Notes: generated from the letters alone by a model not told the origin. DNA of 21,004 bases from Pyrinomonadales bacterium (GCA_038251885.1 JBBSAX010000072.1:1-21004); one strand, 5' to 3'; shown: positions 1-9,028, counted from the stretch's first letter. A program made the numbers and translations.

Positions 1-29
1 CGAAGAATCTTTCGTAAGGAAACCCAATC

Positions 30-1340
30 TTGGACGCTGTTATTACCCAAAGTTCAAATTTTAGTTCGTTAAATTCATCTATGGCAAATGCCGGATCGGA
101 CGAAAAAACAACTGTGCAAAGCGCCAGTGACTTAGTATTTCACCTCGGTTTATGGCTGTCGGGACTGGAAAGTTTTCTCAATATTCGCAATCATTCTTTT
201 GCCGAAGACAATCGATCAAAAGTTTCCGCGCGGGATTGGACGAGGGAATTTCGCCTGACGCATTCGACGTTTCTTTTATGTTCGCGGCTCGCTTTTCAAC
301 TCGGAAATAAAATAAAAAACGAAGATCAGAATAGTTTTGAATTTTCATCCGAAGAAATTTTTAACCTCTCACAGACCTTAAAGGACGCAATTTTGTTAAA
401 TGAAGGACTTCTTCGCGCCGCGCCGCTCAAATTCGGCGAATGGACGGCTTGGAGCAATCTTCTTTACAACAAATTCAAAACCCTCGGTGTTTTTGACAAA
501 TTGATTAAAAATGCCGAAGAAACGGGAGAAAAATCTCTTCCTGAAAATCTTGTGAAACTGATCGAATCAAAACCGATTCCGTTTGCCGCAAAAGCCGATT
601 TGCAACTCGTTTTGCCGCGTTTCGCCAAGATTTTAAAATGGCTCAGTATAATCGGCGAGATGCTTAAAAAAGACGAGCCGCTAAAACCCGCACTTCTGAT
701 TTTTTCGCGCATTTACGAGCAGATCAATGAGATGACAAGTTTTATCAATAATCGTCTTTTGCGTTTTCCAAATGAAGAAGACGAACTTTTCGGAACTCTC
801 GACGGCGCAGCTTATACGGCTTCGATTGAGCTTCGAAAAGTCTTTAATCACGAACTTTCCGGTCTTGTTGATATTCGCACAACGCCTTCGGTTTATGCCA
901 AAATTGAAACGGCTTATGCACTTTTGAATGATAGTTTTCAACTGACTTTGATAAGTTTTGCAACTCTCATCGAACCTACGATTGAAGCAGGACAAATTTT
1001 CCCGAATCTTAAAACTAAATTCGAGCAATCAATGATTTTGCGGCAAAAAATGTGGGACATTCTGCAAGACGTGCGAAATGCCGAGCAAAATCCTGAAAGT
1101 TTTCCAGTTGATAATTTGCACAATGAACTAATTGATTTTCGGGATAGAACACAGCATTTTCTTTTCTATAAAGACAAGGAAACGATTGAGAGATTTATCG
1201 AAGAAGTTTTAATTGCCAAGAATAAAAAGGATTTAGTTCCGATTTTGCACCGTTTCAGCGCGTATATCGAAACGCTTTTCGGACAAGTAAATATGCGCGT
1301 TGTTCTGGCAAATAATCCGTTTGAATATCCGCAAAACTAA
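30..1340 (+). CDS. hypothetical protein (436 aa, no recognisable domain)
   Basis: Long uninterrupted ORF. An in-frame stop at 15-17 means the start lies inside the window. TTG at 30 sits 9 nt after AAGGA (16-20); an alternative ATG is at 81. I see no signal peptide, TM segment or catalytic motif. A convergent bidirectional hairpin follows. Confidence 0.6.
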   Translation: MDAVITQSSNFSSLNSSMANAGSDEKTTVQSASDLVFHLGLWLSGLESFLNIRNHSFAEDNRSKVSARDWTREFRLTHSTFLLCSRLAFQLGNKIKNEDQNSFEFSSEEIFNLSQTLKDAILLNEGLLRAAPLKFGEWTAWSNLLYNKFKTLGVFDKLIKNAEETGEKSLPENLVKLIESKPIPFAAKADLQLVLPRFAKILKWLSIIGEMLKKDEPLKPALLIFSRIYEQINEMTSFINNRLLRFPNEEDELFGTLDGAAYTASIELRKVFNHELSGLVDIRTTPSVYAKIETAYALLNDSFQLTLISFATLIEPTIEAGQIFPNLKTKFEQSMILRQKMWDILQDVRNAEQNPESFPVDNLHNELIDFRDRTQHFLFYKDKETIERFIEEVLIAKNKKDLVPILHRFSAYIETLFGQVNMRVVLANNPFEYPQN

Positions 1341-1351
1341 CCAATAAATTA

Positions 1352-1430
1352 GCCGCAAAAAAGCACAAAAAGCACAAAAGTAAACTTAATTCTTTATATT
1401 ATCTTTGCGTTTTCTGTGCTTTTTTGCGGC
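1352..1430. terminator. bidirectional hairpin between convergent genes
   Basis: GCCGCAAAAAAGCACA (1352-1367) is the perfect reverse complement of TGTGCTTTTTTGCGGC (1415-1430). The A/T runs lie inside the arms, so either strand reads stem plus U-run. It sits between the stop at 1340 (+) and the stop at 1444 (-). Confidence 0.55.
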
Positions 1431-1443
1431 TATATCAATAAAT

Positions 1444-3981
1444 TTACTGCGATCTCAAAGTTGCCAGAGGTTTTCTGAATAAAACATCAAAACTCGCAAT
1501 TGCGCCGATAATCATTACTAAAGCGGTCGTAATTAAAATTCCCGCAAGCGTTATCGTCAGATTAAATTCCCATTCGATGTCGAGAATATATTTCGACACG
1601 GCAAACGACAGTAAAACAGCAAAACCCGTTCCGATGATTCCAGCTAGAAGACCTAAAAGTCCGTATTCTGTAAAAAGAATCGCCGCGAGAGTTTTCCGTT
1701 TTGCACCGAGCGTTTTTAGTACGGCATTTTCGTAAATTCTTTGTGATTTCGTCAGCGCGACCGAGCCGATCAGGATTAAAATTCCGCTTAAAATCACGAA
1801 ACCGCCGACGAATGAAATTGCCAGAACAAAATTGTTAATTAATTTTTGAACCGCCGCAACGATGTCGGCAACGTCGAAGATTTGAATATTGGGAAATTGG
1901 TCAATCACATCTCGCTGTAACCTCGCGCGTTCGGTTTCGGGAAGTTTTTTGATAACAGTCGCGACAAAGGTTTGCGGCGCGTCTTGCAGGACATTCGGCG
2001 CGAAAACGAAGACGAAAGCCGTCCGCGTGTTTCGCAAGTCAATATCGCGAATACTTGCGACGCGAGCCGTGATTTTTCTGCCCGAAACGTCAAAGGTTAT
2101 CGAATCACCGATTGTTACGCCCAAATCTTTGCTCATACTTTCTTCGACCGAAACTTCCGGCACGTCCGAAACTTCGTTCCACCAATTTCCGGCGATAACG
2201 GTTTCGTTTTCGTCTAAATTCGGACGATAAGTTACGGCAAATTCACGCCCGATTCTGCCTTGTTCCTGACGCACTTCGGGACTTTGAAAATTGATCGGTT
2301 CGCCATTGATGTAGGCGATTCGCGCTCTGATCGTCGGAATCGCCTGTGCCTCTTCGCCGGTTGCTTTTGTAACAATTCGCTGCAATTCGCCGATCTGACT
2401 TTTTTGAATATCAATAAAAAACAAACTCGGCAAAGTCTGATTGCGCGTAAAATCGAATTCTCTGACGAGATTCGACTGCAAAAATTGAACGCTGAGAACG
2501 ACAAATGCACCCAAACCGACCGCAAGCAAAATTATCCGCGTCTGATTTCCCGGACGATAGAGCGAATTTATTGCCTGTGAAAGCGAAAATGATCCGAGAT
2601 TTTTAACTTTTTTGAGCAAAAGAGTTAAAATCCAAGCTGCAAAATATAAAATAACGGAAGTTAAACCTAAACCGACGAGAAAGAACGCACCGACAATCAG
2701 TGAACCTGCTTGCCAGACTGCCAAACCTAAAAGTCCACCAACGGAAATAATTGTAAAAATCGTTTTCGTCCAATCAAGACGGCGCAAATTTTTATTATTT
2801 TCATCGCGCAGAAGCAAATTCGGCTTGATGTTGCGAACCTGCAAAAGCGGCAGAGCGGAAAAAAGAAAAGAGATCAAAACGCCCAAAAGAACGCCTTGAA
2901 ACGCGGTCGAAAAATGCACGGCATAACTCATTTCCGGCGGCAATTCCGCGCCGAAATAACTTTGCGCCGCCCAAAGCGTAAGCTGTGCCAGCAAAACGCC
3001 GAAAAGACTTCCGATAAATCCTAAAGTCAGAATTTGCAGTAAATAAACCGTGATAATGCGCGTTCCGCTTGCGCCGAGACATTTCAAAACGGCGACCGAT
3101 TTGCGCTTTTGTTCGACAAAGACACGCGCCACATTCCAAACGCCGACACCGCCGAGAACCAAAATTAAAAGTCCGGTCAAAGACAGATAATTTTCCGTCC
3201 GCGCAAATTGTTCGCCGAGTCTTTCCTGCGATTCGCGGTATGAACGAACTCGAAGAATCGTGCCTTGCAAATTGTCGCGCAATTGTTTGACGAGCGCGGT
3301 CGGATTTTCCGAAGTTCTGTAAAGAATTCGGCGCGTAAGTCGTCCGCGATTTCCCGTCAAACCGGCTTCGTCAAACGCTTTTTTCTCAACAAAAACGCGC
3401 GGTCCGAGCCGAAAACCGCCCGAATCGCCCGGTTCTGATTCAAACGCGGCGCGAATCTCGAATTCGACTTCACCGATGCGGATTTTATCGCCGACTTTTA
3501 AGTTCAAATCTTCCAATAAAATCGGCGCAACGACCGCGCCGCGATTTTCTAAGAGTTTAAAATCAAATAGTTTTCCGTTTTCCAAAGTGAAATTTCCAAC
3601 AAGCGGAAACGGCGATTCGATGCCTTTTAATTCGACAATCGAGAAATTTTCGTTCGCTTTATCAACCGGACGCGACATCGCCGAAGCCGTGATCGCTTCG
3701 TTTCGCGCTTCGACGATTGAAGATTTGTTGATAATTTCCTCGATTTTCGAGATTTCCGTCGGCGAAAAATCGTTGGTCGAAATAATTTCAAGATCAGCCG
3801 TCATCAACGCACGAGCATCGCCGCCGACCGCTTGCGCCAAATTTTGAATCAAGGAGCGAAGCGCAACAACCGAACCGACACCAATCGCAATGCAAAGAAA
3901 GAAAAACAAAAGCCTGCGCCATGATGAACGAATTTCGCGAAATGTTAGATTAAATATGAATTTCATATATTTACGAATCAA
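1444..3981 (-). CDS. ybbP: ABC transporter permease, duplicated FtsX-domain type (YbbP-like)
   Basis: 845 aa. The N-terminal TM follows FREIRSSWRRL. There are two FtsX-type modules (LKCLGASGTRIITVYLLQILTLGFIGSLFG and LKTLGAKRKTLAAILFTEYGLLGLLAGIIG), each preceded by a large extracytoplasmic segment. It lies 18 nt downstream of the ATPase gene. An alternative start is Met6 (3966). Confidence 0.85.
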   Translation of the reverse strand: MIRKYMKFIFNLTFREIRSSWRRLLFFFLCIAIGVGSVVALRSLIQNLAQAVGGDARALMTADLEIISTNDFSPTEISKIEEIINKSSIVEARNEAITASAMSRPVDKANENFSIVELKGIESPFPLVGNFTLENGKLFDFKLLENRGAVVAPILLEDLNLKVGDKIRIGEVEFEIRAAFESEPGDSGGFRLGPRVFVEKKAFDEAGLTGNRGRLTRRILYRTSENPTALVKQLRDNLQGTILRVRSYRESQERLGEQFARTENYLSLTGLLILVLGGVGVWNVARVFVEQKRKSVAVLKCLGASGTRIITVYLLQILTLGFIGSLFGVLLAQLTLWAAQSYFGAELPPEMSYAVHFSTAFQGVLLGVLISFLFSALPLLQVRNIKPNLLLRDENNKNLRRLDWTKTIFTIISVGGLLGLAVWQAGSLIVGAFFLVGLGLTSVILYFAAWILTLLLKKVKNLGSFSLSQAINSLYRPGNQTRIILLAVGLGAFVVLSVQFLQSNLVREFDFTRNQTLPSLFFIDIQKSQIGELQRIVTKATGEEAQAIPTIRARIAYINGEPINFQSPEVRQEQGRIGREFAVTYRPNLDENETVIAGNWWNEVSDVPEVSVEESMSKDLGVTIGDSITFDVSGRKITARVASIRDIDLRNTRTAFVFVFAPNVLQDAPQTFVATVIKKLPETERARLQRDVIDQFPNIQIFDVADIVAAVQKLINNFVLAISFVGGFVILSGILILIGSVALTKSQRIYENAVLKTLGAKRKTLAAILFTEYGLLGLLAGIIGTGFAVLLSFAVSKYILDIEWEFNLTITLAGILITTALVMIIGAIASFDVLFRKPLATLRSQ

Positions 3982-3999
3982 AATTAAAACAATCTGTGT

Positions 4000-4716
4000 T
4001 TATCCGTGTTCATCTGTGGATAAATTTTCTTCACTTGCTCCAAAATTGTTGTAGTTATCGCTAATGACTTTTCCGTCTTTCAAGATAATTTGACGTTGAG
4101 ATTTATCAGCCAAATTCTGGTCGTGCGTCACTAAAACGAGTGAAACATTGTGGCGGTCGTGCAGATCGGTCATTAGATCGAAAATGTGATTTCCGGTTTT
4201 AGAATCGAGATTTCCGGTCGGTTCGTCGGCGAGCAGGATTTTCGGTTGATTGGCAAATGCTCTGGCAATTGCGACACGTTGTTGTTCACCGCCGGAAAGT
4301 TCTGTTGGATAATGATGTCCGCGATTAGTTAGTTCAACGGCTTCGAGCAAGTCTTTAGCGCGTTGTTTGGCATCTTTTAATCCCAGAATTTCCATCGGAA
4401 TCAAGACATTTTCAAACGCCGTCAAACTCGGAATCAAGTGAAAAGACTGAAAAATAAAACCGATCTTTTCGCTTCGCAAAGTCGCCAGACCATCTTCGTT
4501 CATATCGGTGATATTTTCATTGTCAATCAAAATTGCGCCCGAAGTCGGCGCGTCGAGTCCGGCGATCAAGCCCAGAAGTGTTGATTTTCCGCTGCCTGAC
4601 GCGCCCGTTATGGAAACAAATTGCCCGTCGGGAATTTCCAAAGTTACATCGTTTAAAATCGTCAGAGCATCCGCGCCGGATTGGACTGTCTTTGTTACAT
4701 TTTGAAGAGTTATCAT
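4000..4716 (-). CDS. ybbA: ABC transporter ATP-binding protein (YbbA/LolD-like)
   Basis: Walker A GASGSGKST, signature LSGGEQQR, Walker B ILLADEPTGNLD and H-loop VLVTHD are all present. It lies directly upstream of the YbbP-like permease and divergent from the TesA-like gene, as in the E. coli tesA/ybbA-ybbP locus. Confidence 0.9.
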   Translation of the reverse strand: MITLQNVTKTVQSGADALTILNDVTLEIPDGQFVSITGASGSGKSTLLGLIAGLDAPTSGAILIDNENITDMNEDGLATLRSEKIGFIFQSFHLIPSLTAFENVLIPMEILGLKDAKQRAKDLLEAVELTNRGHHYPTELSGGEQQRVAIARAFANQPKILLADEPTGNLDSKTGNHIFDLMTDLHDRHNVSLVLVTHDQNLADKSQRQIILKDGKVISDNYNNFGASEENLSTDEHG

Positions 4717-4725
4717 AATAAAAAT

Positions 4726-4800
4726 TGTGAATTGTAAATGGTGAATGGTTAATACTTGGTTTTTAATTTACCATTCACCATTTACAATTTACCATTATTA
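4726..4800. promoter_or_regulatory. inverted arrays of 7-bp repeats in the ybbA/tesA divergent intergenic region (function unknown)
   Basis: Tandem heptamers TGTGAAT TGTAAAT GGTGAAT GGTTAAT occupy 4726-4753. The opposing array ATTTACC ATTCACC ATTTACA ATTTACC ATTATTA occupies 4766-4800. The two include a perfect 18-bp inverted repeat (4732-4749 / 4770-4787). The repeat is certain; a regulatory role is inferred from its position only. Confidence 0.4.
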
Positions 4801-4880
4801 ATAGCTTGCAAAAATGACGCAAACAAGTTCGACATTTTTTGCATCATAAAATACGAGTTCAAAAAACATTTTATAAATAT

Positions 4881-5582
4881 ATGCATAAATTTATTCGATT
4901 ATTTGTAGTTTTAAGTTTCATTTCTTTTGCGATAGTTTTTTCGGCGTGCGACGTTTCGACTGCCGAACAATATTCAAATGCCAACGCGAACAGACCGCTT
5001 ATAAAACCGAAAATTAACTCGGCAAGACCGAAGATCGTTGCTTTCGGCGACAGTTTGACGGCAGGATTCGGGCTTACCGAAAAAGATTCTTATCCGTATC
5101 TTTTGCAGAAAAAAGTTGAAGCCGACGGATATAATTATGAAGTCGTCAATGCCGGAGTTTCAGGCGAAACAAGCTTAGGGGGATTAGAGAGAATTGATTG
5201 GGTTTTAGAACAGGAAAATGTCAAAATCTTAGTTTTAGAACTCGGCGCAAATGATCTTCTGCGAGGTTTGCCGGTCGAGAAAATGAAGGAAAATCTGAGT
5301 AATATCATCGAAAAAGCAAAGGCAAAAGATGTCAAAGTTCTGCTCTGCGGAATGCTCGCGCTGGACACGATGGGCGCACAGTATCAGCGCGATTACGTAA
5401 TGGCTTTTCCTGATCTGGCAAGCGAATACAAGGTCGAATTTCTGCCGTTTATTTTGGAAAACATCGCGCTCAAAAAAGAATTAAACCAAGCCGACGGAAT
5501 TCATCCAAACGCTGAAGGTTCGAAGATTATGACCGCAAATGTTTATAAATCTTTAAAACCGATGCTCTCCGAAAAGCAATAA
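4881..5582 (+). CDS. tesA: SGNH/GDSL hydrolase, TesA-like arylesterase/lysophospholipase, probable lipoprotein
   Basis: SGNH blocks are present: FGDSLTAG (Ser), GVSGET (Gly), GANDLL (Asn), DGIHPN (Asp-x-x-His). The ORF is open from TTG 4839. ATG 4881 gives a typical signal peptide, MHKFIRLFVVLSFISFAIVFSAC, with a lipobox-like FSAC. A hairpin terminator follows. Confidence 0.85.
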   Translation: MHKFIRLFVVLSFISFAIVFSACDVSTAEQYSNANANRPLIKPKINSARPKIVAFGDSLTAGFGLTEKDSYPYLLQKKVEADGYNYEVVNAGVSGETSLGGLERIDWVLEQENVKILVLELGANDLLRGLPVEKMKENLSNIIEKAKAKDVKVLLCGMLALDTMGAQYQRDYVMAFPDLASEYKVEFLPFILENIALKKELNQADGIHPNAEGSKIMTANVYKSLKPMLSEKQ

Positions 5583-5607
5583 ATTGCGCGTTGGTCTTCG
5601 ATGTTAG

Positions 5608-5647
5608 AAAAAGCCGTCGTTGTAAGTTTTCAATGACGGCTTTTTTC
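5608..5647 (+). terminator. rho-independent terminator after the tesA-like gene
   Basis: AAAAAGCCGTC...GACGGCTTTTTT: a GC stem (5613-5618 / 5635-5640) extended by inner pairs, followed by a T6 tail at 5641-5646. Confidence 0.7.
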
Positions 5648-5880
5648 CAAGTCTTGAATCTAAAATAAAATTAAAGACGAAATTTTAGTCTGGAAGTCAG
5701 AATAAAATCCAAAAAACCAAATTTCAAGACGGCAGAAATACTTGGGAGATAATATTCAAAGCAGCTATCAAACCCCCAATTAAAAAAGAACAAAGAAACT
5801 TTTTCGCCGAATTTACGAGATTTCGTGAATCGGTCAGCATTGCTCTCGATGCGATTCGGGCGAATTGGACGCGCTCGGCT

Positions 5881-7056
5881 TTGACGGTTTTGGGAATCGT
5901 GGTCGGTGTCGCGGTGGTTGTAATGGTCGCCGCACTTTTGCAGGGCGCACAGCAATTTATCGTTAAAACGACTTCAGATTTTGCGCCCGATGTTTTACGA
6001 ATCGAAAAGGCTGCGTTTCAGGATTTCGGTGCGGATGGACAGGCTTTTTTCGAAGCGCAATCGAAACGACCGGATATTTTGCCCGAAGACCTTGAATTTT
6101 TGCGAGAAAGATTAGATACGCAATTTGAAGTCGGCGGACAGACTGACGCATCACTTCCGGCGCGGCGCGGCGCAAAAACGCTCGTCGGTATTGCTGTTCA
6201 AGGCGTAACGCCGAATATTACAGAACTCTCCAATGTGAAAATCGCTTACGGACGCGGCTTGACTTCGACGGATGATTATTTTCGCCGAAATGTCTGTGTT
6301 GTCGGTCAAGATGTCGTGGATGAACTTTTCAACGGTGCAAATCCAATCGGCGAAGAGATTCGGCTCGGTCAATTGCCTTATGAGGTCGTCGGCGTAGCAC
6401 AGCCGCGCGGTTCGGTTTTTGGAAATTCGCAAGATGGTTTCGTTCAGATTCCGCTCGGAACATTTGTTAAAATTTTCGGCACACGCTCGCGTTCATTGGC
6501 GATTCTGGTAAAACCGATTGACAAAAATTCGATCTCGGAAGAAGAAGCCGAAGAGCAAGTTCGAGTTGCGATGCGGATTCGGCGCAAACTTGTTTTGACA
6601 GACAAAGACGATGATTTCAGTCTTATAACATCAAAAAGTATCAAGGCTTTTTCGGGAAATTTGACGGGAATTGTCGGCACGATTATTTATCCTTTGACGG
6701 CGATCTCGCTCTTTGTGGGCGGTGTCGTCGTGATGAATATGATGCTCGCGTCGGTCGTCGAACGAACGCGCGAGATCGGCATCCGTATGGCATTAGGCGC
6801 ACGTCGCGGCGATATTTTGACGCAATTTCTGATCGAAACAACGACGCTGACGCTTTTGGGCGGAATCTTAGGCATTATTTCAGCGGCTGTTTTAGTTTGG
6901 CTGATAACTTTTTTGACGAATTTTTCTTTAAGCGTCCCGCTATGGGCGGTTTTAGCGGCGGTCGGGGTTTCGTGTTTGGTCGGTATAGTTTTCGGCGTAA
7001 TTCCGGCGCGTCAGGCAGCACGGTTAAATCCAATCGAAGCATTGCGGGCGGAATAA
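5881..7056 (+). CDS. MacB-type ABC permease (MacB periplasmic domain + FtsX), no fused ATPase; true start probably upstream
   Basis: C-terminal FtsX signature VERTREIGIRMALGARRGDILTQFLIETTTLTLLGGILGI, with a large periplasmic segment after TM1. 5881 (TTG) is the first canonical start. The frame is open back to the stop at 5686-5688 and encodes the family-typical ...FRESVSIALDAIRANWTRSALTVLGI with no ATG, GTG, TTG or CTG (see findings). Confidence 0.85.
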   Translation: MTVLGIVVGVAVVVMVAALLQGAQQFIVKTTSDFAPDVLRIEKAAFQDFGADGQAFFEAQSKRPDILPEDLEFLRERLDTQFEVGGQTDASLPARRGAKTLVGIAVQGVTPNITELSNVKIAYGRGLTSTDDYFRRNVCVVGQDVVDELFNGANPIGEEIRLGQLPYEVVGVAQPRGSVFGNSQDGFVQIPLGTFVKIFGTRSRSLAILVKPIDKNSISEEEAEEQVRVAMRIRRKLVLTDKDDDFSLITSKSIKAFSGNLTGIVGTIIYPLTAISLFVGGVVVMNMMLASVVERTREIGIRMALGARRGDILTQFLIETTTLTLLGGILGIISAAVLVWLITFLTNFSLSVPLWAVLAAVGVSCLVGIVFGVIPARQAARLNPIEALRAE

Positions 7057-7094
7057 ATTCAATTATTTATAGCTTTATTTAACAAGGTGGAAAA

Positions 7095-7763
7095 ATGAAA
7101 AAATTACTTTTAACAGCTATTTTTATACTGGCGGCGATGTTGCAAGTGTTTGCACAAACGGAAATTGCGCTAAGTTCGGTAAAAGTTGAAAATGCGGATA
7201 CTTCTACGGATAAAGCCGTTTCCGAAACATTGCGGAGCGATCTGCCGATTATTCCGCAGCAGAATAATTATGTCCGTCCGACGGCAGATCAGCGTTTTAA
7301 GCGTTACTTAAACAAAACGGTCGGCACGGGATTGATCGGTGTCGGAATCGGTGCGACGTTTCAGCAAATATCGAACAATCCGCCGGAGTGGGAAAAGACC
7401 GGCAAAGGTTTTGCGCGGCGTTTAGGCTCGAATTTCGGCGAAAATGCGATTCAGGAAACGGTCGCTTACGGCATCGAAGAAACTTTCAAACTCGACAGTA
7501 AATTTTATAAAAGTAAGAAAAGAGATTTGGGTTCGCGCATTAAAAACGGCTTGCTTTCCGGCATTACGGCACGAACGCCGAGTGGGAAAAGAGTATTTAA
7601 CCCCGCGCCGATTATCGGCACTTACACGGCAAATTTGATTTCAACGCAAGTTTGGTATCCGAAGCGTTTTGGTTACAAAGATGGTCTTCGGCAGGGAACG
7701 CAAAGCGTCGGATTTTCAATCGGTTTCGGACTTTTGAATGAATTTTTGTTAAATCGAAAATGA
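7095..7763 (+). CDS. secreted hypothetical protein
   Basis: AAGGTGG lies 7 nt upstream of the ATG. Signal peptide is MKKLLLTAIFILAAMLQVFA/Q. There is an ATGA stop/start overlap with the next permease gene (7760-7763). No domain recognised. Confidence 0.7.
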   Translation: MKKLLLTAIFILAAMLQVFAQTEIALSSVKVENADTSTDKAVSETLRSDLPIIPQQNNYVRPTADQRFKRYLNKTVGTGLIGVGIGATFQQISNNPPEWEKTGKGFARRLGSNFGENAIQETVAYGIEETFKLDSKFYKSKKRDLGSRIKNGLLSGITARTPSGKRVFNPAPIIGTYTANLISTQVWYPKRFGYKDGLRQGTQSVGFSIGFGLLNEFLLNRK

Positions 7764-9022
7764 ATCGCCAGCTTTTTTACGAAACGTGGCGAACGGTTTT
7801 AGATTCAATTCGCTCGCATAAATTACGCGCCGGATTAACGCTGACAGGCGTGATTATCGGCACGGCGGTCGTCGCGTTGGTCGGCGCGGTTTTGACCGGG
7901 CTGTCGCAGCGCGTCGCTGAAGTTTCGGAAAAAAGTTCGCCGAATGTCATTTATTTTACAAAGCAAGACCGCATCGGTCCGTCGCTTCAGCAGCCGACCG
8001 CCGAAGAAAGACAGCGCAAAGACCTTACATACGAAGACATTTTGGCGGTCGCCGCTCTTGATTCGCCGCAAGCTGTTTCGCCGCAGAAAGTTCGCGGTTC
8101 ATATGGTCCTTCGGCAAATATTCCGAAAGTTACCGCGAACAGCCGAACAGCGATTAATCCTTTGATTCTGGGAATTTGGGAGAATGGTCCATTAGTTGTT
8201 AATATTCCAATCGCCAGCGGACGATTCTTCACGGAACAAGAAAGAAAGTCGCGGGCTTCGGTCGCCGTGATCGGCGCGGGCGTGGCAACGCAAATTTTTC
8301 AAGAAACCGACCCGCTCGGCGAAACTATAAAGATTGACGGAAAACTTTTTCGCGTGATCGGCGTTTTGTCAAAAGCGTCCGGCGAAGGCGTGATCGGGAG
8401 CGACGAAATTGACGAGCGTTCGATCTATATTCCATTTGAAACCGCACGGAAAAATTATCCAGAGATTGAAGAAAACGTCATCATCGTTCGTGCGCCGAAG
8501 GGCAAGATTGACGAAGTTCAGGAAGAAGTAACGAATCTCTTGCGTCAAAGGCGCGGAGTTCCATTCGATAAACCGAACAATTTCGGCGTAAATCGTCCTG
8601 AGCAAATATTTACGCTCGTTAATGATATTATCAACGGCTTGGGAACGGTGATCGTGCCGATTGCGCTGGCAAGTTTGCTGGTCGGCGGTGTCGGTGTGAT
8701 GAACATAATGCTCGTTTCGGTCAAGGAACGCGCCGCCGAAATTGGAATCAGACGCGCACTCGGCGCAACGCAAAAAACGATCTTAACGCAGTTTTTGCTT
8801 GAAGCGATGACGCTCACGGGCTTGGGCGGAATCATCGGCATTGCGGTCGGATTAACGCTCGCCTTTTTGGTGCGAATCGTCGTCAGTTTTCCGGCGGCAG
8901 TTCCGATCTGGGCAATTCTTTCGGGCTTCGGCGCATCGGTTTTTATCGGACTTTTTGCCGGAATGTATCCGGCATTTCGCGCCGCCCGACTTGACCCGAT
9001 TGAGGCAATGCGCGGAAACTGA
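7760..9022 (+). CDS. MacB-type ABC permease (MacB periplasmic domain + FtsX), no fused ATPase
   Basis: N-terminus ...LDSIRSHKLRAGLTLTGVIIG (TM1), then a ~250-aa periplasmic segment and FtsX signature KERAAEIGIRRALGATQKTILTQFLLEAMTLTGLGGIIGI. It ends with the family-typical RAARLDPIEAMR. Paralogue of 5881..7056. Confidence 0.9.
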   Translation: MNRQLFYETWRTVLDSIRSHKLRAGLTLTGVIIGTAVVALVGAVLTGLSQRVAEVSEKSSPNVIYFTKQDRIGPSLQQPTAEERQRKDLTYEDILAVAALDSPQAVSPQKVRGSYGPSANIPKVTANSRTAINPLILGIWENGPLVVNIPIASGRFFTEQERKSRASVAVIGAGVATQIFQETDPLGETIKIDGKLFRVIGVLSKASGEGVIGSDEIDERSIYIPFETARKNYPEIEENVIIVRAPKGKIDEVQEEVTNLLRQRRGVPFDKPNNFGVNRPEQIFTLVNDIINGLGTVIVPIALASLLVGGVGVMNIMLVSVKERAAEIGIRRALGATQKTILTQFLLEAMTLTGLGGIIGIAVGLTLAFLVRIVVSFPAAVPIWAILSGFGASVFIGLFAGMYPAFRAARLDPIEAMRGN

Positions 9023-9028
9023 AATAAT

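Noticed and set aside
1889-3847. Plus-strand ORFs of 73-123 aa (e.g. 1889..2230, 2260..2580, 3476..3847) and nested minus-strand ORFs inside the ybbP-like gene
   Set aside because: All are embedded in, or antisense to, an 845-aa gene with clear family signatures. Their Arg/Ser/Lys-rich low-complexity translations are typical of non-coding frames.
4726-4800. CRISPR array or CRISPR-like repeats
   Set aside because: The repeat unit is 7 bp, with no spacers and no cas genes. Nothing else in the window has repeat-spacer periodicity.
5671-5955. Minus-strand 94-aa ORF across the permease upstream region
   Set aside because: It is antisense to the conserved N-terminal extension of the MacB-type permease, with no RBS and a low-complexity translation.
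6687-8841. Antisense ORFs 6687..6875 (MPKIPPKSVSVV...) and 8545..8841 (MPMIPPKPVSVI...), which resemble each other
   Set aside because: Their similarity merely mirrors the paralogy of the two sense-strand FtsX segments (LLGGILGI/LGGIIGI regions). Neither has an RBS or an independent signature.
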